This document shows positions 17,941 through 32,800 of a stretch of 64,000 nucleotides of DNA, one piece after another (position 1 is the first letter of the stretch; the number at the start of each line of letters is the position of its first letter). The notes below the pieces were generated by a model. That model did not search any database. It was not told where the DNA came from and was given only the letters and a program-made list of their open reading frames with translations. The position numbers were made by a program, and so were the translations under genes. This DNA comes from Octopus vulgaris (taxonomy: Eukaryota): assembly GCA_951406725.2 (NCBI GenBank), contig OX597827.1, positions 83,452,001 through 83,516,000 of the forward strand, given 5' to 3'.

Positions 17941-18641
17941 ACAAATGGCTGTAGCTGAGAGCCAATCTTCTAGTTGTGTTGTGGTGGTAGTAAATGTCAG
18001 TGAGGTCTGTGAGCTGCTGGTCCGTCGTCATTCTCTCCTCTGGCAATCATACATTCTACTTGGCAAGCTACCTGCACACCAAGGCAATAGAAGAGCCAGT
18101 AAGAAGGAGATATAAACAAAGGCCTCATCTGAAATCTTCGCTCATTTCGCTTGAATCTAGTAGGCGTGTGTATGATGAATACTTCGTTTCTGCTGCTGCT
18201 GTTCTTATTATTGCTACACACTGACAGTTTCACATATAAACACTTACAGCAGACACAGTAATATACTAAAGGCAATAAATACTAGTGCTGGCTCTGATGG
18301 AAGCAGTAGTTAGACTACAGCCAATAGTAGTAGTAATAGTAGAGCTAGTGTTTGTAGCACACACACACACACACACACAAACACTATAAGCAATGAGAAC
18401 TGAAAAAAAAAAAAAAAAAACTTGTCAGTAGTTCCAGTAGTAGCAGATGTAGAATTCTGCCAGTTGTAAACCATATCTGCAGTTATTGTGACACATCATA
18501 ACTTTGCTAGAGCATTATTGCCAATCCTAGAAATGCCACCACCACCACTACCACTACTACTACTACCACTACTAATACTACTACTACTAATACTACTACT
18601 ACTACTACACTTAGTGCAGTGTACATAAAGTGTCACAATGT

Positions 18642-18689
<48 letters not shown>

Positions 18690-21204
18690 TATGTCCACAA
18701 AGCAACTAACAATAACACTGCTAACACCAACAAGCGCATACATGCAGTTGTTTGCTGCTACTACTGCTGCTGCTGCTGTTGTTGTTGTTGTTCCTGACAC
18801 AGATGGCTGTGGTACCATCACAACACAAGCTGGCAAACACTCAGGGTTACATAGGCCATACCTGCTTCACACCTGTATGTGCTAGGTAGCCACTGACATA
18901 TCAACTACACCAAACACATTTTCTTATCAACTATTTCCCCTTTCAATGAAGATAAGATTACTTTTACAATGTCTTTTGAAGAGAGATTCCCAACTCTTGC
19001 TACTGCAACTGTTAGGACCAACCAACTTATATAAGTGGTCCTCACTGAAACAAAAAAGAGCAATATGCTGCCCTCGTTTTATTGAGATTAAAGGGTCCAC
19101 AAATGTATTTCAGTAACTTGTGACTGTTAAATTATTTAGTTAGCTTAAAGTGAACATTACAACTAATTTCATTTGTATCCCCTTTCACTATCTATGGATT
19201 ACATGAACCCATGTGGCTTCTCCTACATGCACCACTCCATATTAAAACGTGGGCCAATTCCCTTATAACATTTGACTAAACTATTCTGAGAACAACATTT
19301 AAAACAATTCCATTGTACTTATTGCAGTTATGAATTTGAAAAATGTTAGTTGTGACAATTAATTGATCTACTAAATACAAAATATTTATGACGGAAAATC
19401 TGATAAGAATTGAACTCAGTCAATACAAAATGTGATACAAGAATTCATTTCTTCAACAAATTTATCTAAAATATTCCACGAACATGTCTTCATTTCTTTG
19501 CAAGACACAAGACTAATTGTTAGAGAGGAACTTGTTGATTGAATCAGTCCAGTCAATTACTGGTACATTATTTCATGTTAGATGTAATATCTGGCAATAA
19601 TTTACAAAATGAAAGTAAATGTTATCAGTTAACAGCTTATGTTTCCATTGAACTCGGTCCAAGTAACATTTTTATTTGCCACAAGAATGCACAAAACATA
19701 ATGTTTCACTACAATCCAAATGATGGTATGTGTGTGTGTATGTGAATGACTGTACACAACCAAAGCCACTTATGTCAATGAGCAACAGTTCACAGCTTTA
19801 CAATTAATTTATGGAACCTGGTGAGGCTTGAACTGGGAACAGAAAACTAATGAAATAAACCATTCTAATGAACCTAATCCAATATTGTCAACACAATCAC
19901 ACCTTTATCAATTTCTATTTCCTTCTACCACATATCATACATTTATGAATAAAGATATACTGTTCAGGCCTGCTGCATTGAAGAGAGTCAGGATTAGACT
20001 TGATTTTCTAAGAAGTTGTTACCATAACAGTAGCCAACTCACTATAAATCTCATACAGACATATGAGGTGTTGTGATGGTTATGCCTTTACTAATCCAAG
20101 TAGTGGTCACAGTTAGACTACACCCTTCATTACAATAATGATGGTGAAGTGGGTTGTGTTTGTGTGGATGAGCAGATTGTGGTTAATGTCAAACACATTT
20201 CATTAAAAATGAGTAAAGACTGCAATGTTGGAGGCAAAGCTACTGAAGGATGGAGAGTGTAACTAATCACAGAAGCTAGTAAAAGATCAATAAAAAAAAA
20301 ACTATACAGTCAACATCACATAGAGAACAGTTTTACTCAGCTTTCATACCTCGATAACCAAAATAAAGTTTCATATATTGAAGATTTTATGAGTAGAAAA
20401 ACTGAGTTTTCTTATGAAATCAGTTTTGATTCTTACTAATTGAATAATTTCCTAAACTAAAGGTAATTTATGTTTTTAAAAAAATCAGTCAATACAAATT
20501 TGAGATAATTTGTGATATGTGGGAAGTACATTTGCTGAGAATGGCCAAGATATAAAAAAGAAAATGCTCTCTCCAAAAGTAGATTCAGCTGTCAAGAAAA
20601 ATATTAACCAAAATATTCACTGGAGTTGATATCAGTGATTTGAAAATGCATTTAGTCTCTAACAAACAATTTTGATCACAGATGAAGTAATTGGTCCTAG
20701 TAATTATGATGAAGAATGGTTGCAATCATAGATATCAACAAAATTAAACCCTCTTCTATAACTGCAGCTTCTTTTTAACATATTTGTTCGTGGGAGGGTA
20801 TGTAGGACTTCCTCTTCCTTTGAGATCACAGAAGTGAATTGCATTTCTCTGTAGTGCCTACATAGTGTTGCTCTTCAGTCGGAACAGAAATCTTTCTTAC
20901 AGTTTTCTAAAGCACTCTTGAAACAATATACATTTTTCTGGGGGATCTCAGAAAAACTAATTCTGAGTTCTAAGAGGACTCTTAATAATATTTGCAAAAT
21001 TTATTTTAGAAATTTTATTTGATGCTTACCAGAAAAATTTCAACAACCAATATTTCATGGACAGAAACTACAACTTTTCAGTAATTCTTATAATATTCCC
21101 ACATTTAATAGGTGGTCTACAAATGTAAAGAATAAAAAAATTATTCCATAAAGAAGTAACTGTTTCTGCTACTAAATCATTCGTATGTTATTGTTTGATT
21201 TCCC

Positions 21205-21395
21205 TGTCATAAAAGCAACACCCTCTGCACTCTGTAGAGTGGTCAGTGTTAAGAAGGGTACCCAGCTGTTGAAAACATGCCAAAACAGACAATGGAGCCT
21301 GTTGATGTTCCTAGCCTAGCCAGCTCCCATCAAACTGTCCAACCCATGCTAGCATGGAAAACAGATATTAGATGATGATGATAATGATGATGATG
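21205..21395 (+). mobile_element. RTE LINE 3' tail fragment
   Basis: aacccatgctagcatggaaaacagatattagatgatgatg, as in the other RTE copies. Confidence 0.8.
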
Positions 21396-24092
21396 TAAGC
21401 AAATAAGGCAGTCTTTAGACAGTCACTTAACCAGGAAGAAATAGCAACTAAATTATCTTCAGGTCACACTCAATCATTTTAAAAAGAAAGGCCATATTGC
21501 ATGAAGTGCTCCTAGATGGCTGTAATTGGAACAGTTGGGACCATAGGTCTATGAGAGCAGAGATGAGCTGAGGTTAAACACTAATACAATGTGTTCATTA
21601 TTATGGTGTTACATAAAGTCACATCTAATTCACATTACTGCTAACAGATTCTAGGGATGTTGAAACTTAGAAAAACCATTAAAATATTAAAGACTACAAA
21701 TCATAAATGATACTGCCACCGTTTTCATTAAATACCCATAAATTATAGCTCCTATAGAAATAATTGCCTGATTTTCCCCACTAGGTTTCTTCCATTGTTC
21801 TACAGCCAATTGTTCCCTTTTATGTCTCCAGTTTAAATTGGTTGAGCTGTGAAAACAGCTATATTACTATGAAAATAAAGGAATCAGTTTAGTTTTGAAC
21901 TGTTGTGTTTTTGAGCCATAAACAAGATGATTATGTTTAATAAATCAGAAATATCTATAAATTACCTGTAAAACTCTATATATGGAGGATGGTAAAAGAA
22001 ACTGACCTGGCTCCAAAAATGATTTACAGTTGAATCAATTTCTTACTTTTCTTGTACAAACTATTGAAGAGGAACACTTTCAAGTGTTATTCCTTGTATA
22101 TTCCAGTGAAGATTTATAAACGAAAATTTTCAAATGACATGAAAACATTTATAAAAACATTAAGCTCTCAATCTGCCTGAACAAACTCAAACAGCAGTAT
22201 AATCTAAATAAATAACAATATTCTAACACATTTAATAAATCCACTTATTTACTGTATGTCCTAGAATATAAAATAGTTTGTTACACTAATGCTGTATTGA
22301 CACCACAATTTAGAGATGATCAAAGCTAAAATGTTCAAATCAAAGCAGTTTATAACAAACCAAATTATCAAATCTTCCGACTTAGGGACTGATCACCAAC
22401 AAGTCCAATAGACTCTACATGGTTGCTCTACTAACATTATACTTGATAATATTATGCCACAAAAATGTGATGGGATGCTCAAGATCTTAGATCTGCTCAA
22501 TCAGAGCTGACCAATTCCAAAAAATGCTGAATTTTACAAAAAGATAGTAATAACTGAAACAAATCAAAGAACTAAAGAAAGAAATCTAGATCTTCAGTTG
22601 TATTCATGTGGCTACTAACAAAGAAGAACATTTCCAACTTTAGTTGATATAAACTGTGAATAAAAATTGTTTAAATTTTTTAATCATACTTTCTTCTTCC
22701 ACGTCAACTCTCCAGAAATGTGAATATAAGTAACTCTATCAATGTTGTTTATTTAGGAAGCTTTGGGCAGTACTCAGTGAGTTTAGCAATGAGTTCTAAG
22801 ATACAGAGACAAGAAGAGAAATGGTTTTGATCATTATTCCTTTCCCAAGATGTAGCAGTTAGATTAGTAAAATAGTTATTGAAATCAATTGTTAATGTGA
22901 TTCAGTCCTCTCAACTCTATTTAGATACCAATATCAAATAGAGAGATTAATAGCAGAAAAAGTTATGGCTCTAAAACTGTTGTATTTAAAAGTTATTCAG
23001 AAAACCACATAGGTTCAACTAAGCTATGGCTACATAGTAGAAATCATAGACAACTCAGCATAAACAAAAAACAGCATTCATTGAAAATAGTTATATACAT
23101 TTAATTTGAAGAAGAGAAAAGAATAAGAGATCGCCCCCACCAAAAAACCCAGCAATTGGAACAAAAAAAATAATAAAAGTCAAAGAAATATGAATAAACA
23201 AAAATAATTTACTGCTCTATCATCAAACTATTAATTTGAAATAATATACAGAGTGCTACGTAATTGCTGGAATTCAACAGGTTGAAAGATGAGAGGACAG
23301 GCTGAGGATAGCTGATGAAGAAAAATATATTTGATGAAAAACAGCAGCAGGATAGTGCTTTCAAGTACACTTGGGATTGCTGTGCCCATGTAGGTTTTTA
23401 CAGTCACAGCAGATGCTGTTCTGCCAACAAAACCAAAACCAACATTTCCAGGCACTGATCCATGGTCTTGCAAGATAAACAGATGCTTCCAAGTAGTTCA
23501 GTGAATCAGTCTTAGAAATGAGAAAATATAGAAGCATGATATTTAGAAACTAACTTATAGTGATAACTTGAAATGACATCAACTATTCATAGGCTAACTA
23601 GCGTCCAGCACAACAAAATCCTAATTGCATTTCAAGGCTATTAATACTTTCCTCTATTTTGACAAAGGTTTTTCTGAGAAAAAGCACTTGTAGTCTTCAG
23701 AAAGTCACCAACTGCTAACTAAATGATAAAATGTATCTATTTTAGAAATGAAGTTCATCTTGAAGTTACGGCAAAATAACATAAAAAGTATAGAAATAAT
23801 TAGTCTGAAAAGGAATTTAAGATGGAATACAGAAGGAAAGCATTTTGAGAACAAAAGCAAGAGCTAGTTGAACTGAGAAAGAATGGGCTCATCCATAAAA
23901 AGAGAAACTAGAAAACTAGTATTGCTGTGATAATATAGTATTCAGGAAATGAAGAGAGAATAAATAGTCAATATCTGAAGTTGGACTGAAGCCAGATGTT
24001 CTATATTTTGTCAAAATAGTTTGCTAGAACAATAAAAATTTATTTTTGTGACACAATACATCAATGAAAGACCAAAAGTATGCCATACATAC

Positions 24093-24128
<36 letters not shown>

Positions 24129-25309
24129 AAAGTAAGAATATTTTGTGGTGAAGACATATGAAGTAGTTTATTTTGAAAATAAAAATATTTAAGCTTGATT
24201 GACAGAGAAACTTATTGAGCAAAAATTTCTTTGTTTCATTCATTGAACTTGCTACCATCAAAACTCCACTTTTAAGTTACTCTGTTTAGGAGATTTAGCT
24301 AAAAGAGTACTCTGAATCAATTACCCCATGAAAGAGTCATTATAGCCATTTAATCACACTTAAAAAGCTAAAATTTATTTTTCATGAGGTATCTAAAAGT
24401 ATACTAACCTCATCAACAGAACTGCAGAATACAGATGATAGAATTAACGCTGCATTTCAACACGTTGTTGTTTCAATGTTCTAAACAAAGACTAGAAAAA
24501 GGACCAGTTGTAATATGGTGATTAGAACTAGTATCTAGCTGACATTTACACAACATCTGCTCTAAGACAGATAAACATTCTGTTAACTGCAAAAAGATCA
24601 AAGAAAGCTCTGAACATTTTCTAAATTCTCAAGAGAAGTTCCTAATGGAAAGTTTGGTTACAGCCAGTAACACATCACTAGTTTGATGTTCATATTGAAG
24701 ATAATTATTGATAGAAATGAAGACTGTGGATGCCAATACTCACAGACATGTTACATTATATCTTGCAACATAATCCACATCACACAGAGACTAACATCTA
24801 CTCTGGTTGCTCAACCTGCAAGAAATCTCAACTTAATCTTCCTTAAACCACACACTACTGTCAACACAGATAACTGAATCCTATAAACGATGGGATGATC
24901 CTGGCTATGATGGGGTTCAGACCTAAGGCTAAGCAACAACAACAACATAATGAACATAATTTGAGGAAAGCTATACTGTCTGCTTCATCCAGTAACATGA
25001 AGATCATTTACCCACCACCACCAACACAAGAGAAAACTCATTTTTTATCATCATTGTTAAAAGACACAGAAAATATCACATCCGTCTAAAGGTTTCAGTA
25101 CAATACCTACTGAGCAGCTGACTCTAGAGAGAGAAGGGTGAAAAGACATCCTGTTATCAACAGGAATCGAAAAAGTTTACCTATCAACCTGGTATTTGGT
25201 AAATGTGACTAGTCTGAGAAGATAAATTCACAATATACTGGATACAATACAAACAAATGTTCTATTATGAAATGTTGACTAAATTTCTTTCTTAGCAGGT
25301 TACTAATTC

Positions 25310-25700
25310 TACTCTTTTATTTGATTCAGTCTTTGGACTATAACTATGTTGAAGCACTTCCTTGTATGATTAGTCAAACGAATCAACTCCAGTACTAATT
25401 TCTTAAAGTCTCATATTTATTCTATTGGTCCCTTTTATTGAATTGCTAAGGTACAGGGACCTAAACAAATCAATACTGGATGTCAAGTAGGGGTGGGGAG
25501 AAGCACACACACACACACCCCCGTATGAATATATATTAACAGGTTCCCAAACAATTTCTGTCAAATCACTCCACTCACAAACCTTCAGACAGCCTGGGGC
25601 TTTAGTAGGCAACACTGGCCCAAAGTGCTGCACAGTAGATCTGACCCTGAAACCACAGGATTGGAAAACAAACCCCGAAACCACACAGCCTTGTCTGCAC
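25310..25700 (-). mobile_element. Diverged tRNA-derived SINE
   Basis: Homologous to the SINE at 63190-63622 (head ggctgtgtgg..; core cactttgggccagtg..; degenerate LINE-type tail). Confidence 0.65.
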
Positions 25701-26730
25701 TTGTATGATCCTGAATTAACTGAAACTTTTTTTTTTTCATTAAATAAACTGACAATTGTAAAACTCAAACACAGCTACAGTTCCTTATGCAAAGTTCTTG
25801 ATTCAAAGCTGTGGACTTAAAAAACAAATAACTCTTAAATAGTATTCAAGTTTAAAGTTTATCCATTTCGGTGACATAATTCAATTCATATCAAAGTCTG
25901 CTTGAATGAAACTAAGGTCTAAAAATATTCAGAGTGCAAATTAATGGGACAGATACAACTGATTGCAAGACAAAGTTATGTATGACTAATGAAGACTAAT
26001 TAATAAATGTTACCATTTTCATAAAGAGACTTATAAAAAGAATTTAAATATTTACATCATCAAGGATATTTAACTCAAATTATATTCGACATATATTGCA
26101 GCACTAAAATTAATTTACATCTTCACCTGTGCACCCGCTATATTTCTTACAGCTTTTATTTGACAAATGATATATTAATTTACTTTGGGCTAATACATGT
26201 CAAAATATAGGAGTTAGTAAATACACTACTGACCTGGACATTATGACAATTGAAAATATTGAAATATAAGTTCCAAAATGTCTATTTATAGCAATAACAG
26301 ACTTACTTGTATACACATTTGGAAATAGTGTAATATTTAATGATAGCAATTAAATATAGATAACAGGTTTTATAAAATGAGTTAATGTTTGTTGCCACAC
26401 TACTCTACAGTAACTCTATCAATATTACCTCATTCATAAACAGCAAAGGTTTAAATGTCACAGAAATTCATATTCACTTCATCAATCATCCTACCAAGTT
26501 TATTCAGCTTTCAATCACTTGTAAATTGTGGTGGCATGTGTAAGAGAGGGGGGTGGGAGCATAAAATGTTAAAACCAAAAAGCTGTTGTCAGTTGTTGCT
26601 GTATCACAATGTCAACACTTAAATACTAGTTGAAATAAGCATTTCAAAGTGGTTTTATTTTAACATTTCATATAAAATACACAAGCTCATAATAACAATA
26701 AATAAGGTAACACTCACATACACATGTATG

Positions 26731-26834
<104 letters not shown>

Positions 26835-27511
26835 GTATGTATATATATATGTATATATGCATATATACATATATGTATATATGCATATATACATATATGT
26901 ATATGTATATATGCATATATACATATATAACCAGATATCTGAGTATATAGGCATTGGAAACAAAGACATATAGAAACACTTCTTTGTATATTTCTCATTA
27001 GTATGAAGAATCCAAAGTCATGACCGGTGGCAGCAGCCCTAAATTCATAGGTCTTCTACTCCAACAAATGTTAGTTTTACACTTTTACACAATTATCATG
27101 TATACAAAGCATCAAGTAAAACATAGACTGGTCTGTTATCAAGGAATTAAAATGTCCAGTAATGCTGTGATAGGGCAGACTTCTGTGAAACATAATATTG
27201 TTATTTTCCTAACTTATATATTAACAAGAGTAATGTAAGTGATGTGAAGGCTTTAATTATAAAGGAGTGTTGAACAAAATTAGTTTGTGAAATCAATGAC
27301 TAATGAAGAAATAAAACGACAATCAATGAAAGATCAAGCTAAGAGTATTAAGATTATTGTTTCCTAACATTAAAAAGCCATTCAAGGATTGATGAGGTTA
27401 GATAGGAATCTTCAATCCATTTAAAATGATAAAATTGGAGAGAAAAGGTTAATAACAGATTCAGTAAAAAAAAAAAAAGAATCTGAAGTTAGATAATCTG
27501 GTTTATCATAG

Positions 27512-27550
<39 letters not shown>

Positions 27551-27574
27551 ATAAGAATAAAGCTTTGACTAAGC

Positions 27575-27855
27575 CAGTGGTTCTCAACCATTCTTTTTCA
27601 TCCATGGACCCCTTTGATTAGTATTTTATTCTGGTGGACCCCCAAAGCCATTTGATGTTCAAAAACTAGTTTTCTTGATACTTCTTTCAAAATTCCAATT
27701 TTGTTTATCGCACATTCACTTCTGTAGGCTGAAATTTTTTCATAGATTCAAAAAATACTACAGTTGACCTAATTTACTATTTTGCTTGTGTGGTTCCCCC
27801 AAAATCTTATACAGACTCCAAGGTGCCATGTGGAGGACCTTGGTCGAAACCATTA
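27575..27855. mobile_element. hAT-like MITE
   Basis: Left end cagtggttctcaacc; degenerate right end ggtcgaaaccatta. Confidence 0.55.
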
Positions 27856-28381
27856 CTCTCTGCTCTTTCTCACACTCTGACATCCAGACTCTGATTCATA
27901 CAGTCACGGACCACCTATGACCTACCAATTCTAGTGACTATTCCCACATCAGTCACACACTGTTGCTGTAAGAAATTGCAAATAGGATTTTCTATAGTGA
28001 AAATGACCAAGACATTGATTTAGTATGTGGAGCTTTTTCATAGGTAAGGACTCACTCAATATGTATATGTGGAGTTGTTTGAAGGTATAGCAAAGGATTC
28101 AATACAATGTAATTTATCAATAATACAGAGACTGCAAGTATCAAAGTTGAAGGAAAAAAACAATCATTAAATGTTCTGTTAATTCAATATCACTCTCCCA
28201 TGGCAACAGTGTGTATAATGTGTTGCAATGGGATATTTTCATGGAATTTGAACAGAAAAACCTATATACAACTGAATTCAAGGTTATTCAGAAAACATGG
28301 ACAATAAGTTAGGGTTAGGGTTATTAGAAATTAGAAATAAGCAAATCATCAAGGATCAACAAAAGTAATTGAAAAAATTAA

Positions 28382-28577
28382 CCCTTTTGATGCCAATTTG
28401 CACAACACTGCCCCTGGGCCCATAATACTAACTGACTGTTTTAAAGTGATCTAAGTTAAAATCTTTAATCAAAATCCCATGTTAATTCATGTTCTAAATA
28501 CCAGAGTTATTTTACTAAATTCTTGCTTATTTTCAAAATTCACTGAAACAAAGGCTGTATATTTCTAGATATATAGG
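28382..28577. mobile_element. piggyBac-like MITE (degraded)
   Basis: TTAA|CCCTTTTG left end; ..GG|TTAA right end. Confidence 0.5.
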
Positions 28578-29548
28578 TTAAATCAAATAATATTGAAAAC
28601 TAATGTAATGCTAATGGCAGATGACAATGATAATGATGATGTCAATTACATTTGGATAATACTTGAACTGAATTTTGTAAAGCTTCTTGTACGTTTTGTC
28701 ATTAACCTGTTCTTTTGTCAGAGCTTTAGTCATAAACCTGTTCTCACATAACCTTACAGATAATATATATACTAAATACATTCAGCATTACTTTAATATG
28801 GCTTTTAACAAATAGTATTTGTTTAAAAAATCTGATAAATCTGATAAAAATGTGAGATGGTACGACTATTCTAAGAACAAATTATATAAAGCTGAGGTAG
28901 AGGGGATATAGACAATAGCAAAGCTGATGTAAACAGTTATCCAACACAGCATCAAACAATAAACAAAATTACATAAGATATAGCTCCACACCATTGACAC
29001 AAATTTTAGACAAAATTGGTTAAATGATAAAATATATGAAGGAAAATTGTGTGTTTTTGATGCGTGATCTCTTTTCTATGCCATGACGCCAACCACAATT
29101 CATTTTAAATTTTCTGTCCCATCAGTAGCAGATGTCCTTCATGTTATCAAGTTTCTAAGAGAAGAAAATATAGTTATTGAAATATCTCTTTCCTGGACCT
29201 GTCCTTAGAGTGTTGTAATACGATATACTTAGCAAAAATTCATAATTAGGAAGTTCAACAACTTAATACTTAACTTGATCCCAGATATTAAACAGCTAAA
29301 TTAAAATCTGAAGGAGAGATTAATTCAACTGGGTTGAGATGTGAACAACTTATCACTGATAAAAATTTTTCCAGAAATTTCTACCTCTGTACAAATATCT
29401 ATTTATATCAAATAAAAAAAAAGTTTTAAGTTCAATGAACAGAAGGTAAGTGACTGTTTTATTGTGAAAGTAAAAGCATTACACCTGAGATTTACCTTTA
29501 AAAAAAAAATTCTGTAATAACAATTACAAAACCTTAAACAATCCTTAA

Positions 29549-29850
29549 CCCTTTTGCGGCACCCAGGCAGATTGATCGGCCCAAGCGATACAAGCTGAAA
29601 GGACTTTGAGGATGATCCATTGGCACAATGAAACAAACATTTTGAAGTGTAATAGCCTATCAGGGATCGTCTTTCAGTAGATATAATATAAAACTGTATA
29701 ATATATATAATTTTACATACAAATAATCTAGTTTTAGGCATTTTATACTTCGTTTTCTACATGTACTTATCAATTTCAATCCCAACAGAAAAAAAAACAA
29801 CTTTGGTCTTTTTGGCTACATAGACCAAAACACCATGTATCTCAAAAGGG
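29549..29850. mobile_element. piggyBac-like MITE
   Basis: TTAA-CCCTTTTG...CAAAAGGG-TTAG: 8-bp perfect TIR with a TTAA-type target site. Confidence 0.75.
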
Positions 29851-29931
29851 TTAGCCTATTTTCTCATTGCACTATAACCAAATAACAATTATTTTATATA
29901 CTATTTCACACTCATGAAATACTCATTTCAA

Positions 29932-30312
29932 ATTTTAGCAAAAAGCCAGCAATTTCAAGGTAAGGTGTAAGTCGATTACAATAACCTGAATGTTCAACTG
30001 ATATTTTATCAAACTCAAAAGATGAAAGACAAAGTCGACCTCAGTGCAATTTGAACTTGAACATGAAGACAGATGGAATGCTCTTCAGAATTTTTGTCCA
30101 GCATAACCATTCTTTTCTACTCTAGGCACAAGACCTGAAATTTGTGGGGAGGGACCAGTCAATTAGATCAAGTCCAGTATGCAACTGGTACTTAATTTAT
30201 CAACCCCGAAAGGATGAAAGGCAAAGTCGACGTTGGCAGAATTTGAACTCAGAATGTAAAGACAGACAAAATACCGCTAAGCATTTTGCCCGGTGTGCTA
30301 ACGATTCTGCCA
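29932..30312 (-). mobile_element. Two tandem tRNA-derived SINE copies (old 29932-30107, younger 30108-30312)
   Basis: Minus strand has A-box-like tggcagaatcgtt, B-box-like gagttcaaatt, then gcctttcatcctttcggggttgataaattaagtacc (resembles the Meta-SINE central domain, from recall). Confidence 0.8.
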
Positions 30313-31459
30313 ATCTTGAAATATTATTTAAAAAAAAGGCTACTGGTTTCAATAGTTGATTAATTTAAATATTGAAAAAAGAAAGTTACAAATAACTCAT
30401 TCACTACAATTGTTTAGTCTTTGCACTGAAATAGTGTTGTTCGTATTAATTAGAAATTATTACTGCCAAAAATGTTGACACATGTACTAATTCCAAATAT
30501 AGTAAACAATTTTCAATATTTTCAACTATTATAATAAAATTAATTAAGTCAGTTGTAATTAAAAACCAACCTGTAGATTTTTGAAATGATAGTTGTGTAT
30601 TTTAAGTAGATCCATTTTCTGACAATTGTTTCTTCCATTTTATAAAAGATTTTGTGTAAATTCTTAATAGCTACTGAAATGTTGTTATCACAACAAACTA
30701 TAATAGAAGTTTATAGTAAAGAACTAATAAGATCAATATAACAATGAGATATTGCTATACACTGCCTTAAAAAGGTACATATTCTTTAGCAACTGGTAAT
30801 GTAGATATTCACTGTATGAAACCTGTCTCCTCATCCCATCATGTTTACTGGTTTTTCTTTTCACACATTTCATAACAATGTTTACCTTGATCAATAAAAT
30901 TATAAAATATATTCCACCAGCTTTGTAGTAGAACAATTTTGTGAGTCATGTGTAGGCCACACTAGTAGTAAGAAATACTAATAGTAATCAATCAGTTGTT
31001 TATATGTGCAGAGTAGCAGGTCCCATCTCTGCATACAATCCTACCACAAATCTATTATTCAACATAAACAATGAAATTCATGGCACACATTTAATAGTTC
31101 ACTGAAGCTGATATTTTTAGACTTTATTGGAAATGACTTCATCTAAGCAGAAATTTCATCTAATTATTATTTTATCAAGCTATGCTGAAAGAAATTAGCA
31201 TTCAATTTGCATTTTACAGCTCAAGTATAAAACATTTTTATTGCATGAATGAAAAATATATTCCTGTTTTGTTGGGGGTTTTTTTCTAAACCAAAAAGAT
31301 TTAATAATTTCTCCCACAGAATTAAAATATTTCATTCATTGTTCAGTAAAATAATCTAAACACTGTGAAGGTTTTCAAAGTTTGGACTGTAATTTTGTTT
31401 CATTTTTGATAATTTCATGTTCCTTCCAATGAAAAAGTCTTCATAGAAACAGTAAATAA

Positions 31460-31810
31460 CATCATCATCATTTAATATCTGTCTTCTATGCTAGTATGGA
31501 GTGGACAGTTCTACAGAATCTGACAAGCTGGAGGACTGCATCAAACTCCAAAGTCTGCTTTGGCATGGTTTCTATGGCTGGATGCCCTTTTGTAATACCA
31601 ACCATTTTACAGAATGTACTGGTTGCTTTTTTTTTTTATGGTACTGGAACTAGTGAGGTCACCAAGTAACTTGCAAGACTAAATTCCTCAACTCAGTGGG
31701 GCAGTAGTATTGAGAAAAGTGGCTTCGTACCAAGTGTTGAAAGGCTAAAGTATGATAAAAGGAAAGGAACAGGGGTCATGCTATAGAGGAGATACATGAC
31801 TACCCAAGCT
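31460..31810 (-). mobile_element. RTE LINE 3'UTR fragment
   Basis: (CAT)n tail, then ttctatgctagtatgg and ggctggatgccctt. Confidence 0.75.
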
Positions 31811-32800
31811 AGAAACAAATTAAATAAAGTTAAAATAACACTTAAAATACACAAGGCACTACTACAGTTTTAGTGTTCATTAATTGCTCTTGTTTTTCTT
31901 TTATTTCGTTTGAAGTAGTTTGGTATAGAGAAAAGGGCTACAACCATAATCTTTACAGACCCACCAAAACTAGTGCGATTGATGTAATCATTCCTCTCAG
32001 AATCATTGTTGTTTTAGATTGTTTCATGCTGTAGGGCATGTACCTCCAAAACAAGTGAAACAGAACCCTTTCTTTAACTATACAACCTGATGATCTGTAA
32101 ATTGTTATACTTGTCTGTAAACTCTGAGAGAAGTTTCTGTATAAAACTAAAAATATTGATATAATGCTAAAACTGTTACTGCTACTGTGAAAGCAGGATA
32201 TTTCATTAGCATTCAGAGAAATGATAGTCTCTAACAACTCCAAAATAGCAGGTCAAATCCTGTGCCCACCAATGAAGAGCCCCTAAACCACTGGTTCTCA
32301 ACATTTTGTAGCTCAGTGCTGTCTTCAACACCTTACTACCTCTCATCATATTTTGAAGAAAGTGGAAGAAGGATAATTATTTCATTCAAACAGAAGCTAG
32401 TTCTATATAGTTTATTTGCCATATTTTCATATACCACCCAATCAAGCAATCTTTTTAAATATCTGCATGAACTAATTCGCTTTATGCTTATGTTCAATTA
32501 CTAAAGATAGTGAGAGCTGATATAATGAAATTATATTTAGATTTATGTTATTAGTGCACATACAGAAAAAAAAAAGAAGAAAGGAAAATACTACAATTCA
32601 AAGTTTAAATAAAATAATAAAAGGTTTATTTTGCAGGTCCTTAAATCCTTGAAAATGTTTTAGCCTGAAGGCCGCGGCCATGCTGGGGCACCACTGCTGG
32701 GCGGTGGTGTTAACAAATCAAACATATCTCAGTATTTAGCAACCTTCAAGTTAAAATAATTTAAGATATTCAACAAACCATTATATTGCATGAACAATCA

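Noticed and set aside
23974-24081. PD..KxxKY as an R2/REL retrotransposon endonuclease
   Set aside because: No RT motifs or CCHC/RHD were seen upstream, and coding-like sequence continues for kilobases downstream. This fits an L protein better, though it is not formally excluded.
28309-28322. TTAGGG telomeric repeat
   Set aside because: Only two units, which is not meaningful.
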